Shown here piece by piece: positions 49,735-59,452 of a DNA stretch of 64,000 nt (its first letter is position 1; every line of letters begins with the position of its first letter). Source of the stretch: an uncultured virus (IMG/VR IMGVR_UViG_3300027759_000054) (taxonomy: Duplodnaviria > Heunggongvirae > Uroviricota > Caudoviricetes); IMG/VR virus record IMGVR_UViG_3300027759_000054; one strand, written 5' to 3'. The notes below the pieces were generated by a model. It did not search any database, was not told the origin of the DNA, and saw only the letters and a program-made list of their open reading frames with translations. Position numbers and translations under genes: made by a program.

Positions 49735-50147
49735 GCGAAGATTTTTTTGACATTGACTTTCCAGGGTATGCACCTTTGGAAGTCACCTTAAAGAATCCTG
49801 ACGACTTCTTGAAAGTTAGAGAGACTCTTTCTCGCATAGGTGTTGCATCAAGAAAAGAAAAGATTCTTTACCAATCATGCCACATTCTACACAAGCAGGG
49901 CAGATATTTCATCGTGCACTTTAAAGAACTCTTTGCCTTAGACGGTAAAGATGCAGACTTTAGTGACAATGATTTACAGCGCAGAAACACGGTAGCACAT
50001 CTTCTTTCAGATTGGGGATTAATCACTATTCTAAATCCTGAGATCCATGAGGATAAAGCACCACTAAATCAGATTAAAGTAATTGCGTTCAAAGAAAAGA
50101 CTGAATGGGAACTCGTTCAGAAATATAACATTGGACGCAAAAAGTAA
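49731..50147 (+). CDS. regA: Translational repressor RegA
   Basis: DDFLKVRETLSRIG; LYQSCHILHKQG.YFIVHFKELF. Confidence 0.97.
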   Translation: MSEDFFDIDFPGYAPLEVTLKNPDDFLKVRETLSRIGVASRKEKILYQSCHILHKQGRYFIVHFKELFALDGKDADFSDNDLQRRNTVAHLLSDWGLITILNPEIHEDKAPLNQIKVIAFKEKTEWELVQKYNIGRKK

Positions 50148-50155
50148 ATCTGTAT

Positions 50156-50899
50156 ATGACAATGAATGCTGGTAAAAAATACAAATCGGTATTCATTTCA
50201 GACTTACATCTTGGGTCGAAACATTGTAACTCTGATGCATTGCTAGAGTTTTTATCTACGATTAGAACTGAAAAGTTGTATCTCGTTGGAGATATTTTGG
50301 ATATATGGCGTCTGAAAAAGAAATGGTATTGGCCAAAAATACACAATCAAATCGTCAGAAAAATACTCAAGATGTCAGAAAAGACAGAAGTAATTTATGT
50401 CACTGGTAATCATGATGAAATCTTTCGCTCATTTCCAAATATTAGAATTGGTAAAATTGCAGTAGAGCATCGTTGTGTTCATGTTGGAGTAGATGGTAAA
50501 CGCTACTTGGTGGTACATGGTGACCTCTTCGATAACTTGATGCGAACAAAGACTGGTCGATTCATCATGCATCTGGGAGACTTTGCATATGACTCTCTGC
50601 TCTATGTCAATAAGATTATTAATACATCAAGAAGACTGCTCGGGATGCAACCTTGGAGTTTGGCAAAGTATTTAAAGCGTAAGGCAAAACTTGCTGCCAA
50701 TTATATTGGTGAGTTCGAAAAAGAAATGTCTTACTATTGTAAACGCAAGGGTTACGATGGAGTTATCTGCGGTCATATTCATCATGCAGAAATTACACAA
50801 TATGATGATATTGTTTACATGAACGATGGTGACTGGTGTGAAAGTTGCACTGCCCTTGTGGAAAATTATGATGGAACATGGGAAATACTTAAAAAATAA
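50156..50899 (+). CDS. Metallophosphoesterase, UDP-2,3-diacylglucosamine hydrolase (LpxH-like) family
   Basis: SDLHLG; LVGDILD; GNHD; HGD; CGHIH; NDGDWCES. Confidence 0.85.
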   Translation: MTMNAGKKYKSVFISDLHLGSKHCNSDALLEFLSTIRTEKLYLVGDILDIWRLKKKWYWPKIHNQIVRKILKMSEKTEVIYVTGNHDEIFRSFPNIRIGKIAVEHRCVHVGVDGKRYLVVHGDLFDNLMRTKTGRFIMHLGDFAYDSLLYVNKIINTSRRLLGMQPWSLAKYLKRKAKLAANYIGEFEKEMSYYCKRKGYDGVICGHIHHAEITQYDDIVYMNDGDWCESCTALVENYDGTWEILKK

Positions 50900-50955
50900 T
50901 TGACTTTCTTCTAAAAGTATAGTATAAATAGAGGGTGCCATGCTTCGGATGGCAC
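50900..50955 (+). promoter_or_regulatory. Overlapping sigma70 and late promoters plus a 5' UUCG hairpin for hsp20
   Basis: TTGACT-N17-TATAAA coincides with TATAAATA (50923); GTGCCAT-gcttcgg-ATGGCAC hairpin. Confidence 0.7.
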
Positions 50956-50987
50956 ATTTTAAACACTCGCTTAATAGGAGCAAATAA

Positions 50988-51476
50988 ATGAAATTTGATA
51001 CAACAAGTTTACCGCACATCGATCGTTATTTTGTTGGCGCTGATCGCGTCATGAAAAGGTTGGCAGATATTGCTGATCAATCGACGCTGATGATGCCAAT
51101 TAAATATCCCCCATACAATATCAAGAAAGTCGATGAGAATCGCTACGTAATCGAACTGGCAGTTGCTGGTTTCGGTAAGTCGGAGATTGATATTGAATTG
51201 CAAGAAGGCAAGTTGTCCATCCAAGGAAAGTGTGACTCGCCTGAATCCACTGAATATCTCTATAAGGGAATTGCTGAACGAGGATTCAAACGTGAATTCA
51301 CTCTCGCAGATAACGTCGAAGTAAAGAGTTCTTCTCTGGTAAATGGTATGCTGAAGATCTTTCTCGAGGCATTTATTCCGGAAGAAAAGAAAGCAAAGAA
51401 AATCGACATCACTGATGAGGATAGTGAGTATCCATCGCAAGCTGCCGAATTCTTAGCAGAAGGTAAAACAAAGTAA
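50988..51476 (+). CDS. hsp20: Small heat shock protein Hsp20
   Basis: YPPYNI; IELAVAGF; YKGIAERGF.REF.L; NGML. Confidence 0.95.
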   Translation: MKFDTTSLPHIDRYFVGADRVMKRLADIADQSTLMMPIKYPPYNIKKVDENRYVIELAVAGFGKSEIDIELQEGKLSIQGKCDSPESTEYLYKGIAERGFKREFTLADNVEVKSSSLVNGMLKIFLEAFIPEEKKAKKIDITDEDSEYPSQAAEFLAEGKTK

Positions 51477-51484
51477 TTTAAGAC

Positions 51485-51513
51485 TGGTGGGTGGGAGTAA
51501 TTCTCACCCACCA
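51485..51513 (+). terminator. Stable hairpin after hsp20 (terminator or processing site)
   Basis: TGGTGGGTGGGAG-taa-TTCTCACCCACCA; weak U tract. Confidence 0.55.
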
Positions 51514-51533
51514 TTAACAATGAAGGTGAATAC

Positions 51534-51833
51534 ATGAGCAATATTAGATGCGTGAAACTACTCAGCGGTGATGAAATTATCGCTGATATCGATGAGACAA
51601 TTGATGGTCTTATCATTCTAAAGAAACCTATGCAGATTATGATGATTCCTAATCAGAACAATCAATTCGGTATAGGTCTAGCGCCATTCTGTCCATATGC
51701 GAAAGATGACATGGTTCCTCTTCGCTCTGGTGCAGTTATCACAGTTTTTGAACCAGAGACTGGAATGCTAAACGAGTATAATACTCGCTACGGATCAGGT
51801 CTGGTTGTTCCAGAAAGTAAGATTATCATATGA
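51534..51833 (+). CDS. Hypothetical protein (Sm-like fold likely)
   Basis: VKLLSGDEIIA..YNTRYGSGLVVP. Confidence 0.75.
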   Translation: MSNIRCVKLLSGDEIIADIDETIDGLIILKKPMQIMMIPNQNNQFGIGLAPFCPYAKDDMVPLRSGAVITVFEPETGMLNEYNTRYGSGLVVPESKIII

Positions 51834-52477
51834 AACCATTAATCGCCGCACTATTTCTGTTTGCTCTGCCGACTGCTGCTAATGCGTCCCCATGCGATCA
51901 GTTCTACCCGAACGGTAAGGAAATCGTAGTACCAAACACTACCGTTCTTTGCAACTCTTTCTTTGCAATTGTTTATGACGATGCTCGTAATGCAAATGTT
52001 TTCTCGACTGAGATTGCACAGGAACGAGTAAAGAAAACTCCGCGCACTGACGACTTCCGTCCAGATAAACGCATCGCTGATTCGCCAACCCATGCTGACT
52101 ACACCAACTCTGGTTACGATCGTGGGCACATGGTTCCTGCTGCAAACGCAGACGATGCCAATGAAATGTCAGACACTTTCTTGATGACGAACATGACTCC
52201 GCAGTTGCCTTCGGTGAACCGTATAGCATGGAAGAATCTTGAAGAGCGTGTTCGGTCAGTTCCCTTCAAGTGGGTTGTGACTGGTGCGCATTACTCTAAG
52301 AATCCAACATTGATTGGTAAGAGTAAAGTTCCTGTTCCAGACTTTCTCTATAAGGTTGCATTTTTCGAGAGTGGAAATGTTGCAGTCTATATCGTAGACA
52401 ATCTAGTTCCTAAGTCACAGGTTTCAACCATGAAACTGGAAGAACTCGAAGCGAAGTTAGGATATAAGTTACGATAA
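51830..52477 (+). CDS. Secreted DNA/RNA non-specific endonuclease (NucA/EndoG family)
   Basis: Signal peptide ending ANA; YDRGHMVPAA; TF.MTNMTPQ; NR..W..LE. Confidence 0.92.
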   Translation: MKPLIAALFLFALPTAANASPCDQFYPNGKEIVVPNTTVLCNSFFAIVYDDARNANVFSTEIAQERVKKTPRTDDFRPDKRIADSPTHADYTNSGYDRGHMVPAANADDANEMSDTFLMTNMTPQLPSVNRIAWKNLEERVRSVPFKWVVTGAHYSKNPTLIGKSKVPVPDFLYKVAFFESGNVAVYIVDNLVPKSQVSTMKLEELEAKLGYKLR

Positions 52478-52482
52478 ATCCC

Positions 52483-52511
52483 TTTACTTTTGTTATGTTT
52501 TAAAGTATAGT
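52483..52511 (+). promoter_or_regulatory. Sigma70-like promoter of gp43
   Basis: TTTACT-N17-TATAGT. Confidence 0.65.
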
Positions 52512-52535
52512 AGTATTTGATAATGAGGGATTTAC

Positions 52536-55073
52536 ATGAAATTTTATACATGCGCACACCAATATGGTTCCAAGGTTTTAGTCCGAGGCGTCCATAACGG
52601 TGTGCGCTTCACCAAACGAGATGACTTCAGTCCCACCCTGTTTGTAAAATCCAAGGGTGGCGAAAAAACACAATACAAGACGTTATATGGTGACGATCTT
52701 CAACCAATTGAGTTTGAAGATAACAATGCTGCCAAGCAGTTTGTCCAGACCTATGGTCAAGTAGACAACTTTGAGATCTTTGGGCAAACCAACTATGGTT
52801 ACCAATACATCACAAAGAAGTATCCTGGAGAAATTCAGTGGGACATGTCTCAACTTAATATTCAGACTGTCGATATTGAGACCTCTGCAGAGCATGGGTT
52901 TCCTGATGTAAACAATCCTATCGAAGAAGTTCTTCTAATCACGGTCAAGAATCTCATCACTCGTCAGATTATCACATTCGGTTGTGGTGATTTTGATGAC
53001 AAGAACTCTGAGATTGTTCAGACCCTGAGGGATGCTGGCAACAAGTTTCTCTATGTAAAATGCGATGATGAACGCGACTTGCTAGAAACCTTTCTGCGTT
53101 TCTATTCTGATGATCATCCAGATATTATCACAGGTTGGAACTGCGAACTGTTCGACATTGCGTATCTTATCTCGCGGGTGGATCGTCTGTTCTGCACCGA
53201 AGAAGATACAACCATGCGAAAGAAGTTCTCGCCATGGGGTCTGGTTCGTCGTAAGAATTTGACAATCATGGGTCGCGACCATATCTCATATGACATTACT
53301 GGTGTCGCAGTTATCGACTATCTCGATCTCTATAAGAAGTTTACATACGTTCGTCAAGAGAGTTATAAGTTGGATCACATTGCCAAGGAAGAACTTGGTA
53401 AGAAGAAACTTGAGCATCCGTATGAAACATTCCGCGAGTTCTATACAAAAGACTGGACACGGTTCGTCGAGTATAACATCATCGACGTTGAGATCGTCGA
53501 CGAACTTGAACGCAAGATGAAACTCATTGAACTTGTGCTTACAATGGCATACGATGGTAAGTGCAATTATACTGATGTGTTCTCACAGGTTCGCACATGG
53601 GATTGTATCATCTACAATCACCTTAATGATCAAAATATCCAGATTCCCCAGAAGAAAGAAAACAGGGGTAGGACTATTGAAGGTGCGTATGTGCAAGAAC
53701 CAAAACCAGGAAGGTATGACTGGGTTGTTTCTTTTGATGCTACATCGCTGTATCCATCAATCATCATGCAGTATAACCAATCACCTGAAACTATTGTTCA
53801 GAATGGTGCAAAAGATACGACAGTGAAGGGGTTGCTCGGTCAAAAGTATGACCTCGAAGATCTCAAGGATGCTGATCACTGCATGACTGCGAATGGTTAT
53901 TGCTTCACTCGTAAAAAGATGGGTATGTTCCCTGAGATTGTTCAGAAGTTCTTTGATGATCGTCAGAAATATAAGAAACTGATGATTATTGCTCAGAAAG
54001 AATATGAGCAAACTAAGAATCCTAAACTGAAGAATGATATCTCAAAGTATAACAACTTCCAGATGGCAAGAAAGATTCAGTTGAACTCACTGTTTGGTGC
54101 GTTGGCAAATGAATATTTCCGTTACTATGATTCCCGCATTGCCGAGGGTATCACGATGACTGGTCAGTATATTATTCAGAAGGTTGGTACGGCACTTGAC
54201 GTCTATCTCAATAAGGTCGTAGGAACAAATGGACACAACTACTCTTTCTACTCTGATACTGATTCTTGTTATATTTCCTTGGACCCTCTTGTTCGTAAGT
54301 ATTATGGCAATCTGGATCGCGATAAACTCATTGATGTTCTCGATAAAATCTGCGAAGAGAAAATCACAGAGGCAATCAACAAGAGTTGCGATGGACTTGC
54401 GGACTACACGAATGCATTTCAAAAGAAGATTATCTTCAAACGTGAAGCAATCGCGGAACGTGGTCTCTGGGTTGCAAAGAAAAGGTATGCACTCAATGTC
54501 TACGATAACGAAGGCGTCCGATACAAAGATCCGAAACTCAAAGTCATGGGTCTCGAGATCGTTCGTTCCTCGACTCCAGCACCTGTTCGTGAAAGTCTTA
54601 AAGAAGCAGTAAGACTATCGTTGACTGCAGATGAAGCAACTCTACAGAAGTTTATTGAGCACACTCGTGCGTTGTTTAATAAAATGGAACCTGAAGATAT
54701 TGCTTTCCCGCGAAGCGTCAATGGACTTGCTAAGTATACATCAAGAGCAGACATATATGGCAAAGGAACACCGATGCATGTTCGTGGTGCTTTGATGTAT
54801 AATCACCTGCTCGAGAAGCACAATCTTAGTATGAAGTATGAAGCAATTCAAGAAGGCGAGAAGATTAAGTTCCTATACTTGAAGGAACCAAATACTATTC
54901 GTGAAAATTGTATTGGTTTTATTGGTAAAATACCAAAAGAGCTTGACATACATCGGTATGTAGATTATAATACAATGTTCAATAAGAGTTTTCTTGAACC
55001 ATTAAAACAAATTGTAGAAGGCATTGGTTGGAATACAGAACCAGTTGCCACGTTAGAGGATATGTTTACATGA
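52536..55073 (+). CDS. gp43: Family B DNA polymerase gp43
   Basis: DIET exo I; FDATSLYPSII; KIQLNSLFG; YSDTDS. Confidence 0.98.
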   Translation: MKFYTCAHQYGSKVLVRGVHNGVRFTKRDDFSPTLFVKSKGGEKTQYKTLYGDDLQPIEFEDNNAAKQFVQTYGQVDNFEIFGQTNYGYQYITKKYPGEIQWDMSQLNIQTVDIETSAEHGFPDVNNPIEEVLLITVKNLITRQIITFGCGDFDDKNSEIVQTLRDAGNKFLYVKCDDERDLLETFLRFYSDDHPDIITGWNCELFDIAYLISRVDRLFCTEEDTTMRKKFSPWGLVRRKNLTIMGRDHISYDITGVAVIDYLDLYKKFTYVRQESYKLDHIAKEELGKKKLEHPYETFREFYTKDWTRFVEYNIIDVEIVDELERKMKLIELVLTMAYDGKCNYTDVFSQVRTWDCIIYNHLNDQNIQIPQKKENRGRTIEGAYVQEPKPGRYDWVVSFDATSLYPSIIMQYNQSPETIVQNGAKDTTVKGLLGQKYDLEDLKDADHCMTANGYCFTRKKMGMFPEIVQKFFDDRQKYKKLMIIAQKEYEQTKNPKLKNDISKYNNFQMARKIQLNSLFGALANEYFRYYDSRIAEGITMTGQYIIQKVGTALDVYLNKVVGTNGHNYSFYSDTDSCYISLDPLVRKYYGNLDRDKLIDVLDKICEEKITEAINKSCDGLADYTNAFQKKIIFKREAIAERGLWVAKKRYALNVYDNEGVRYKDPKLKVMGLEIVRSSTPAPVRESLKEAVRLSLTADEATLQKFIEHTRALFNKMEPEDIAFPRSVNGLAKYTSRADIYGKGTPMHVRGALMYNHLLEKHNLSMKYEAIQEGEKIKFLYLKEPNTIRENCIGFIGKIPKELDIHRYVDYNTMFNKSFLEPLKQIVEGIGWNTEPVATLEDMFT

Positions 55074-56140
55074 ATGCACTAATAGATAAAATTAAAAAGA
55101 ACAGCACCATTAAGGAGACCAACGTTCTCTCTAAGAGTAAGTTGTTCAGCACTAAGGATCTGATCCAGACATCAGTTCCTGCCTTGAATGTTGCCTTGTC
55201 TGGTAAACTGGATGGTGGTCTGACTCCAGGATTGACTGTCTTTGCTGGTCCATCGAAGCACTTTAAAACAGCGTTTGCTATGATGCTTATCCAGAGTTTC
55301 CAGAACAAGTATCCCGATGGTGTCATTCTGTTCTATGACTCGGAGTTTGGTGCACCACAGTCATACTTTGAGAACTTTGGTATTAATACTGACATGGTTA
55401 TTCACACACCAATCACTGACATTGAACAGTTGAAGCATGATGTCATGCAGCAAATTAATCAGTTCGAACGTGCCGATAACGTTATGATTGTTGTTGACTC
55501 TGTTGGTAACTTGGCATCCAAGAAGGAAGTTGATGATGCTCTCGATGGTAAGTCGGTTGCAGACATGACTCGTGCTAAGCAGATGAAGTCGCTGTTCCGT
55601 ATGATCACGCCACACCTTACCATTAAGGATATTCCTATGGTTGTGGTCAATCACACTTACATGGAAATTGGTATGTTCCCCAAGGCAATCGTGTCGGGTG
55701 GAACTGGTATCTACTACTCTGCGGATAATATCTTCATCATCGGTCGTCAGCAAGAGAAGTCTGGCACCGAGGTAGTTGGTTACAACTTTATTATCAATGT
55801 CGAGAAGTCCCGTTACGTTCGCGAGAAGTCAAAGATTCCGATTGAAGTCACCTTCGAAGGTGGTATCAGTAAGTGGTCAGGTCTGTTGGATATTTCATTG
55901 GCATCTGGTCACGTTGTGAAACCAAGCAATGGTTGGTATCAGCGAGTTGGTGAAGAGAAGAAGTATCGTCTCACTGATACTTACAACAAAGAATTCTGGT
56001 TGCCGATTCTTACCGACCCAACGTTCGGCGAGTGGATTGAAAATCGTTATCGTATGGGCAATGGACAAATGATGGAGGGTGACAATGTGGACATTTCTGA
56101 TGAAGATATTTCAGAAGAATACGAAAATCAAGATATGTGA
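55070..56140 (+). CDS. uvsX: RecA-like recombinase UvsX
   Basis: AGPSKHFKT; FYDSEFG; DSVGNLASKKE; ADMTRAK. Confidence 0.97.
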   Translation: MNALIDKIKKNSTIKETNVLSKSKLFSTKDLIQTSVPALNVALSGKLDGGLTPGLTVFAGPSKHFKTAFAMMLIQSFQNKYPDGVILFYDSEFGAPQSYFENFGINTDMVIHTPITDIEQLKHDVMQQINQFERADNVMIVVDSVGNLASKKEVDDALDGKSVADMTRAKQMKSLFRMITPHLTIKDIPMVVVNHTYMEIGMFPKAIVSGGTGIYYSADNIFIIGRQQEKSGTEVVGYNFIINVEKSRYVREKSKIPIEVTFEGGISKWSGLLDISLASGHVVKPSNGWYQRVGEEKKYRLTDTYNKEFWLPILTDPTFGEWIENRYRMGNGQMMEGDNVDISDEDISEEYENQDM

Positions 56141-56315
56141 TCAATGTGGGGTCGTTCTGAAAAAGAATGACCCTGCCATGTGTCTTCATGGTATCGAAGA
56201 GGGTCTCGAGTATGAGATGTTTGTGTGCGAACCATGTTGCATTAGAATCGCAAATGAATATGATGAGATAGAGGATTTAAAAATTGCAGAAGATCGAGAC
56301 GATTATACTGAGTAA
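56100..56315 (+). CDS. Small zinc-finger-like protein
   Basis: CDQC and CEPC pairs; overlaps the end of uvsX and the start of gp41. Confidence 0.55.
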   Translation: MKIFQKNTKIKICDQCGVVLKKNDPAMCLHGIEEGLEYEMFVCEPCCIRIANEYDEIEDLKIAEDRDDYTE

Positions 56316-57672
56316 ATTGTTTTCTGATGAAGACTATGCTCGCAAGGTTATCCCATTCATAACACCAGAATATTTCCACGATACTTCCGAGCGCAAGATT
56401 TTTAATTATGCCAGAGAGTTTATCGAGAAGTATAATTCACTTCCGACAGTCGAAGCAATTGAAATCGCAGTGCAGAATGACCGTGGTATAAACGAAAATG
56501 AATTTAAAAATATCAATGAGAAACTGACACATCTTGATGATTCTCTTGATGTTAATGAGAAGTGGTTGCTCGAAGAAACTGAGAAGTTCTGTAAAGACAA
56601 GGCAGTTTACAATGCAATCATGCAATCGATTCAGATTATTGATGGTGATGATAAACAACATACTCAGGATGGTATCCCTTCCATTCTTCAGGATGCATTG
56701 AGTGTTTGCTTCGACAATAATGTCGGGCATGACTATCTTGACAATTCAGAATCACGGTATGATTTCTACCACCGTGTTGAGAACAAGTTGCCGTTCGATC
56801 TTGACATGTTCAATAAGATTACTAATGGTGGTCTGCCAAACAAGACTTTGAATATTGCACTTGCTGGTACTGGTGTTGGTAAGTCTTTGTTCATGTGTCA
56901 CATGGCAGCAGGTGCTTTGGGCCAAGGTAAGAACGTTCTGTATATCACCATGGAAATGGCAGAAGAACGTATCGCTGAACGTATCGATGCGAACTTGATG
57001 AACGTAAACATTCAGGATCTTAAGGATCTCTCTAAGTCCATGTTCGATAATCGTATCGATAAGATTAAGAAAAAGACTGAAGGTAAACTGATCATCAAAG
57101 AATATCCAACTGCTAGTGCGCATGTTGGTCACTTCAAGGCATTGCTAAACGAACTACAACTGAAGCGCAACTTTAGACCTGATATTATCTTTGTTGATTA
57201 TCTTAACATCTGTGCATCCAGTCGATTCAAAGCAGGTGCTGGTGTCAACTCTTATACATATGTGAAGGCGATTGCTGAAGAACTTCGTGGGTTTGCAGTT
57301 GAGTTTGATTTACCTGTTGTTTCCGCCACTCAAACTACTCGTGGTGGTTATGCTAACAGTGATGTGGATCTAACTGATACTTCTGAATCATTTGGTTTGC
57401 CTGCAACTGCTGACTTGATGTTTGCTTTAATCTCAACTGAAGAACTTGAGAACATGGGTCAACTCATGGTCAAGCAGTTGAAGAATCGCTATAATGACCC
57501 TGCTATAAATAAAAGGTTCATGGTTGGGGTTGACCGTGGTAAAATGAAACTGTATGATCTAGAGTTATCTGCTCAACAAGGTATCACCGATTCAGGGCAA
57601 GATGCTGTTCCTGTGTTTGAGCGGACTCCAACTGGATCACGAATGAGGGAGTTGTCTAAATTTGACTTCTAA
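56284..57672 (+). CDS. gp41: Replicative helicase gp41
   Basis: AGTGVGKSLFMCH; EMAEERI; VDYLNIC; SESFGLPATAD; TTG start. Confidence 0.97.
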   Translation: MQKIETIILSKLFSDEDYARKVIPFITPEYFHDTSERKIFNYAREFIEKYNSLPTVEAIEIAVQNDRGINENEFKNINEKLTHLDDSLDVNEKWLLEETEKFCKDKAVYNAIMQSIQIIDGDDKQHTQDGIPSILQDALSVCFDNNVGHDYLDNSESRYDFYHRVENKLPFDLDMFNKITNGGLPNKTLNIALAGTGVGKSLFMCHMAAGALGQGKNVLYITMEMAEERIAERIDANLMNVNIQDLKDLSKSMFDNRIDKIKKKTEGKLIIKEYPTASAHVGHFKALLNELQLKRNFRPDIIFVDYLNICASSRFKAGAGVNSYTYVKAIAEELRGFAVEFDLPVVSATQTTRGGYANSDVDLTDTSESFGLPATADLMFALISTEELENMGQLMVKQLKNRYNDPAINKRFMVGVDRGKMKLYDLELSAQQGITDSGQDAVPVFERTPTGSRMRELSKFDF

Positions 57673-58252
57673 TTTTATAGAACTGTATCCGAACGTATTG
57701 ACTGCTGAGGAATGTGCCGAGGTATGTGATAGGATCGATGATATTATTTCGCGCCCAGATCCTGGTGGTGCTTGCATTTTGTCCGATGATTCTTCTAGAA
57801 CCGATTGGAATATATTTACCAGTAGTTATGGATCATTGAAAAAATCAGAGGATAAGATAGTTGAAGCATTGGCCCGTGGTTGGCGCAAGTATAATTCTGC
57901 ATATTCTGCATCCTCTAAAGCATTTTTTGAAGTCCTGGCACCAGGATGGAAATTCCAGCGCTCTGAAACAGGTGGAGGATTCCATCAATGGCACCACGAA
58001 CAAGGTTCGGGTAGACAATCTCCAGGAAGATTTGCAGTTTGGATGTTATACTTGAATGATGTTGAAGAAGGTGGAAAAACCGAATTTAAACATCAGGAAA
58101 CAGCATACACACCTACTGCGGGAACGCTGGTTATTTGGCCTGCTGCATATACTCACATCCATAGAGCAAATCCAGATCTAGTCGGGAAAAAATATATTGC
58201 GACGGGATGGTTTGTTTATCCTGAAAAAGATAGATTTCGAGAAAACACTTGA
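57662..58252 (+). CDS. 2OG-Fe(II) oxygenase (P4H-like)
   Basis: FHQWHHE; YLNDVEEGG.TEF; WPA..TH.HR; KYIATGW. Confidence 0.9.
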   Translation: MTSNFIELYPNVLTAEECAEVCDRIDDIISRPDPGGACILSDDSSRTDWNIFTSSYGSLKKSEDKIVEALARGWRKYNSAYSASSKAFFEVLAPGWKFQRSETGGGFHQWHHEQGSGRQSPGRFAVWMLYLNDVEEGGKTEFKHQETAYTPTAGTLVIWPAAYTHIHRANPDLVGKKYIATGWFVYPEKDRFRENT

Positions 58253-58277
58253 CAAAATTAAATAAGTATAGTATAGT
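58249..58277 (+). promoter_or_regulatory. Sigma70-like promoter of the tRNA
   Basis: TTGACA-N17-TATAGT. Confidence 0.75.
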
Positions 58278-58289
58278 TGAATAGTAATT

Positions 58290-58366
58290 GGTGCCATAGC
58301 TCAGCTGGATAGAGCAAGAGCCTTCTAAGCTCTAGGTCGTAGGTTCGAATCCTACTGGCATCACCA
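58290..58366 (+). tRNA. tRNA-Arg (anticodon TCT)
   Basis: Cloverleaf: acceptor GGTGCCA/TGGCATC, anticodon arm AGAGC-CTTCTAA-GCTCT, T-loop TTCGAAT, encoded CCA. Confidence 0.96.
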
Positions 58367-58386
58367 TTTTAATAAGAGGATAGATT

Positions 58387-58758
58387 ATGACTGAAGAAAC
58401 TGAAACACAAGAATTGAAATTGAAGTTGGTCGCAACCACACTTGTATGGACCAATGCGGGAACCGAAGACATGCCTTTATGGAGAGCATCGGGTGGTAAA
58501 GAATATATTATTGCTCGATTTGATTATGAACCAACACTACCAGAGATTGGTAAGGTGATGGATTCTAAGCGACACATGATCGAGAATCATTATCCCCAAC
58601 TCCACGAAACTCTTTCGGGGTGGCAACTGTATGTTGACGAATCAATGACACACAATGAATACATGCAGTATCACTTGACACAATCAGTTGACTTCCCTGC
58701 GACTGACTTGACTGTTGTCGATGCATCCGAGGAGATGGCGGGAATTGTCGCAGAATAA
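58387..58758 (+). CDS. Hypothetical protein
   Basis: GAGGA RBS; 123 aa. Confidence 0.7.
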   Translation: MTEETETQELKLKLVATTLVWTNAGTEDMPLWRASGGKEYIIARFDYEPTLPEIGKVMDSKRHMIENHYPQLHETLSGWQLYVDESMTHNEYMQYHLTQSVDFPATDLTVVDASEEMAGIVAE

Positions 58759-59452
58759 TATAACAATTATTCAAACGTATTACAATGAAAGATCCTATCT
58801 CGAAACTCAGATTGAGAGATGGAATTACTATAATACTCCAGTAAATATTATATTAATTGATGATGGTTCTCAGATAGAACCTGCAGAAAATGTTCTTGCA
58901 GAACACACATTAAATGATAATATTAATTTTTCATTGTATAGAGTTACTGAAGATATAGGATTCAACAGTCATGGTTGTCGCAATCTTGGTGCAAGACTAG
59001 CACAATCTAACTGGTTGTTGTTTCTAGACATAGACTACACGCTACAACCAGCAGATCTTAAACGATTACAAACCGAAACCCTCGATCTTAATTCTTGGTA
59101 TGAACTCAATGCCAAGTTTAAAGGTCGAGGGAACACGTATATGGCATTAAATCAATTTCTTATTCCTAGAAAACTATTCTTAGATTCTGGTGGATATGAT
59201 GAATCGTTTGTTCCATTTCATCATGGAGATCGTGAACTGTTATCCCATCTTGAGCGAAAATATCAGAAAAATAATCTAGACTGGTTGGTCTTAACATGTC
59301 GTCGCGGTGGTCGAAAAATTATTAATGATGATACTAGATCAATTCCAGTATACGACGACGAGAACATGTTAGTGTATAGTCCGCCATTTGATAAAGAATC
59401 TATTGTGTGTAAAGATACTAAATTGAATTTCAAATGGGAGAAAGTTATATGA
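58715..59452 (+). CDS. GT2-family glycosyltransferase
   Basis: LIDDGS; GCRNLG; FLDID; GGYDE; GDRE; true start may be TTG 58745. Confidence 0.85.
   Translation: MSMHPRRWRELSQNNITIIQTYYNERSYLETQIERWNYYNTPVNIILIDDGSQIEPAENVLAEHTLNDNINFSLYRVTEDIGFNSHGCRNLGARLAQSNWLLFLDIDYTLQPADLKRLQTETLDLNSWYELNAKFKGRGNTYMALNQFLIPRKLFLDSGGYDESFVPFHHGDRELLSHLERKYQKNNLDWLVLTCRRGGRKIINDDTRSIPVYDDENMLVYSPPFDKESIVCKDTKLNFKWEKVI

Noticed and set aside
49548..57511. Intragenic TATAAATA at 49548 and 57504 as late promoters
   Set aside because: Inside replication genes and plausibly chance matches in AT-rich coding sequence; no independent support
23451..57672. Introns, inteins or homing endonucleases in gp17, gp20, gp23, gp43, uvsX, gp41
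   Set aside because: ORFs are continuous and of ordinary length; no LAGLIDADG, HNH, GIY-YIG or intein motifs recognised
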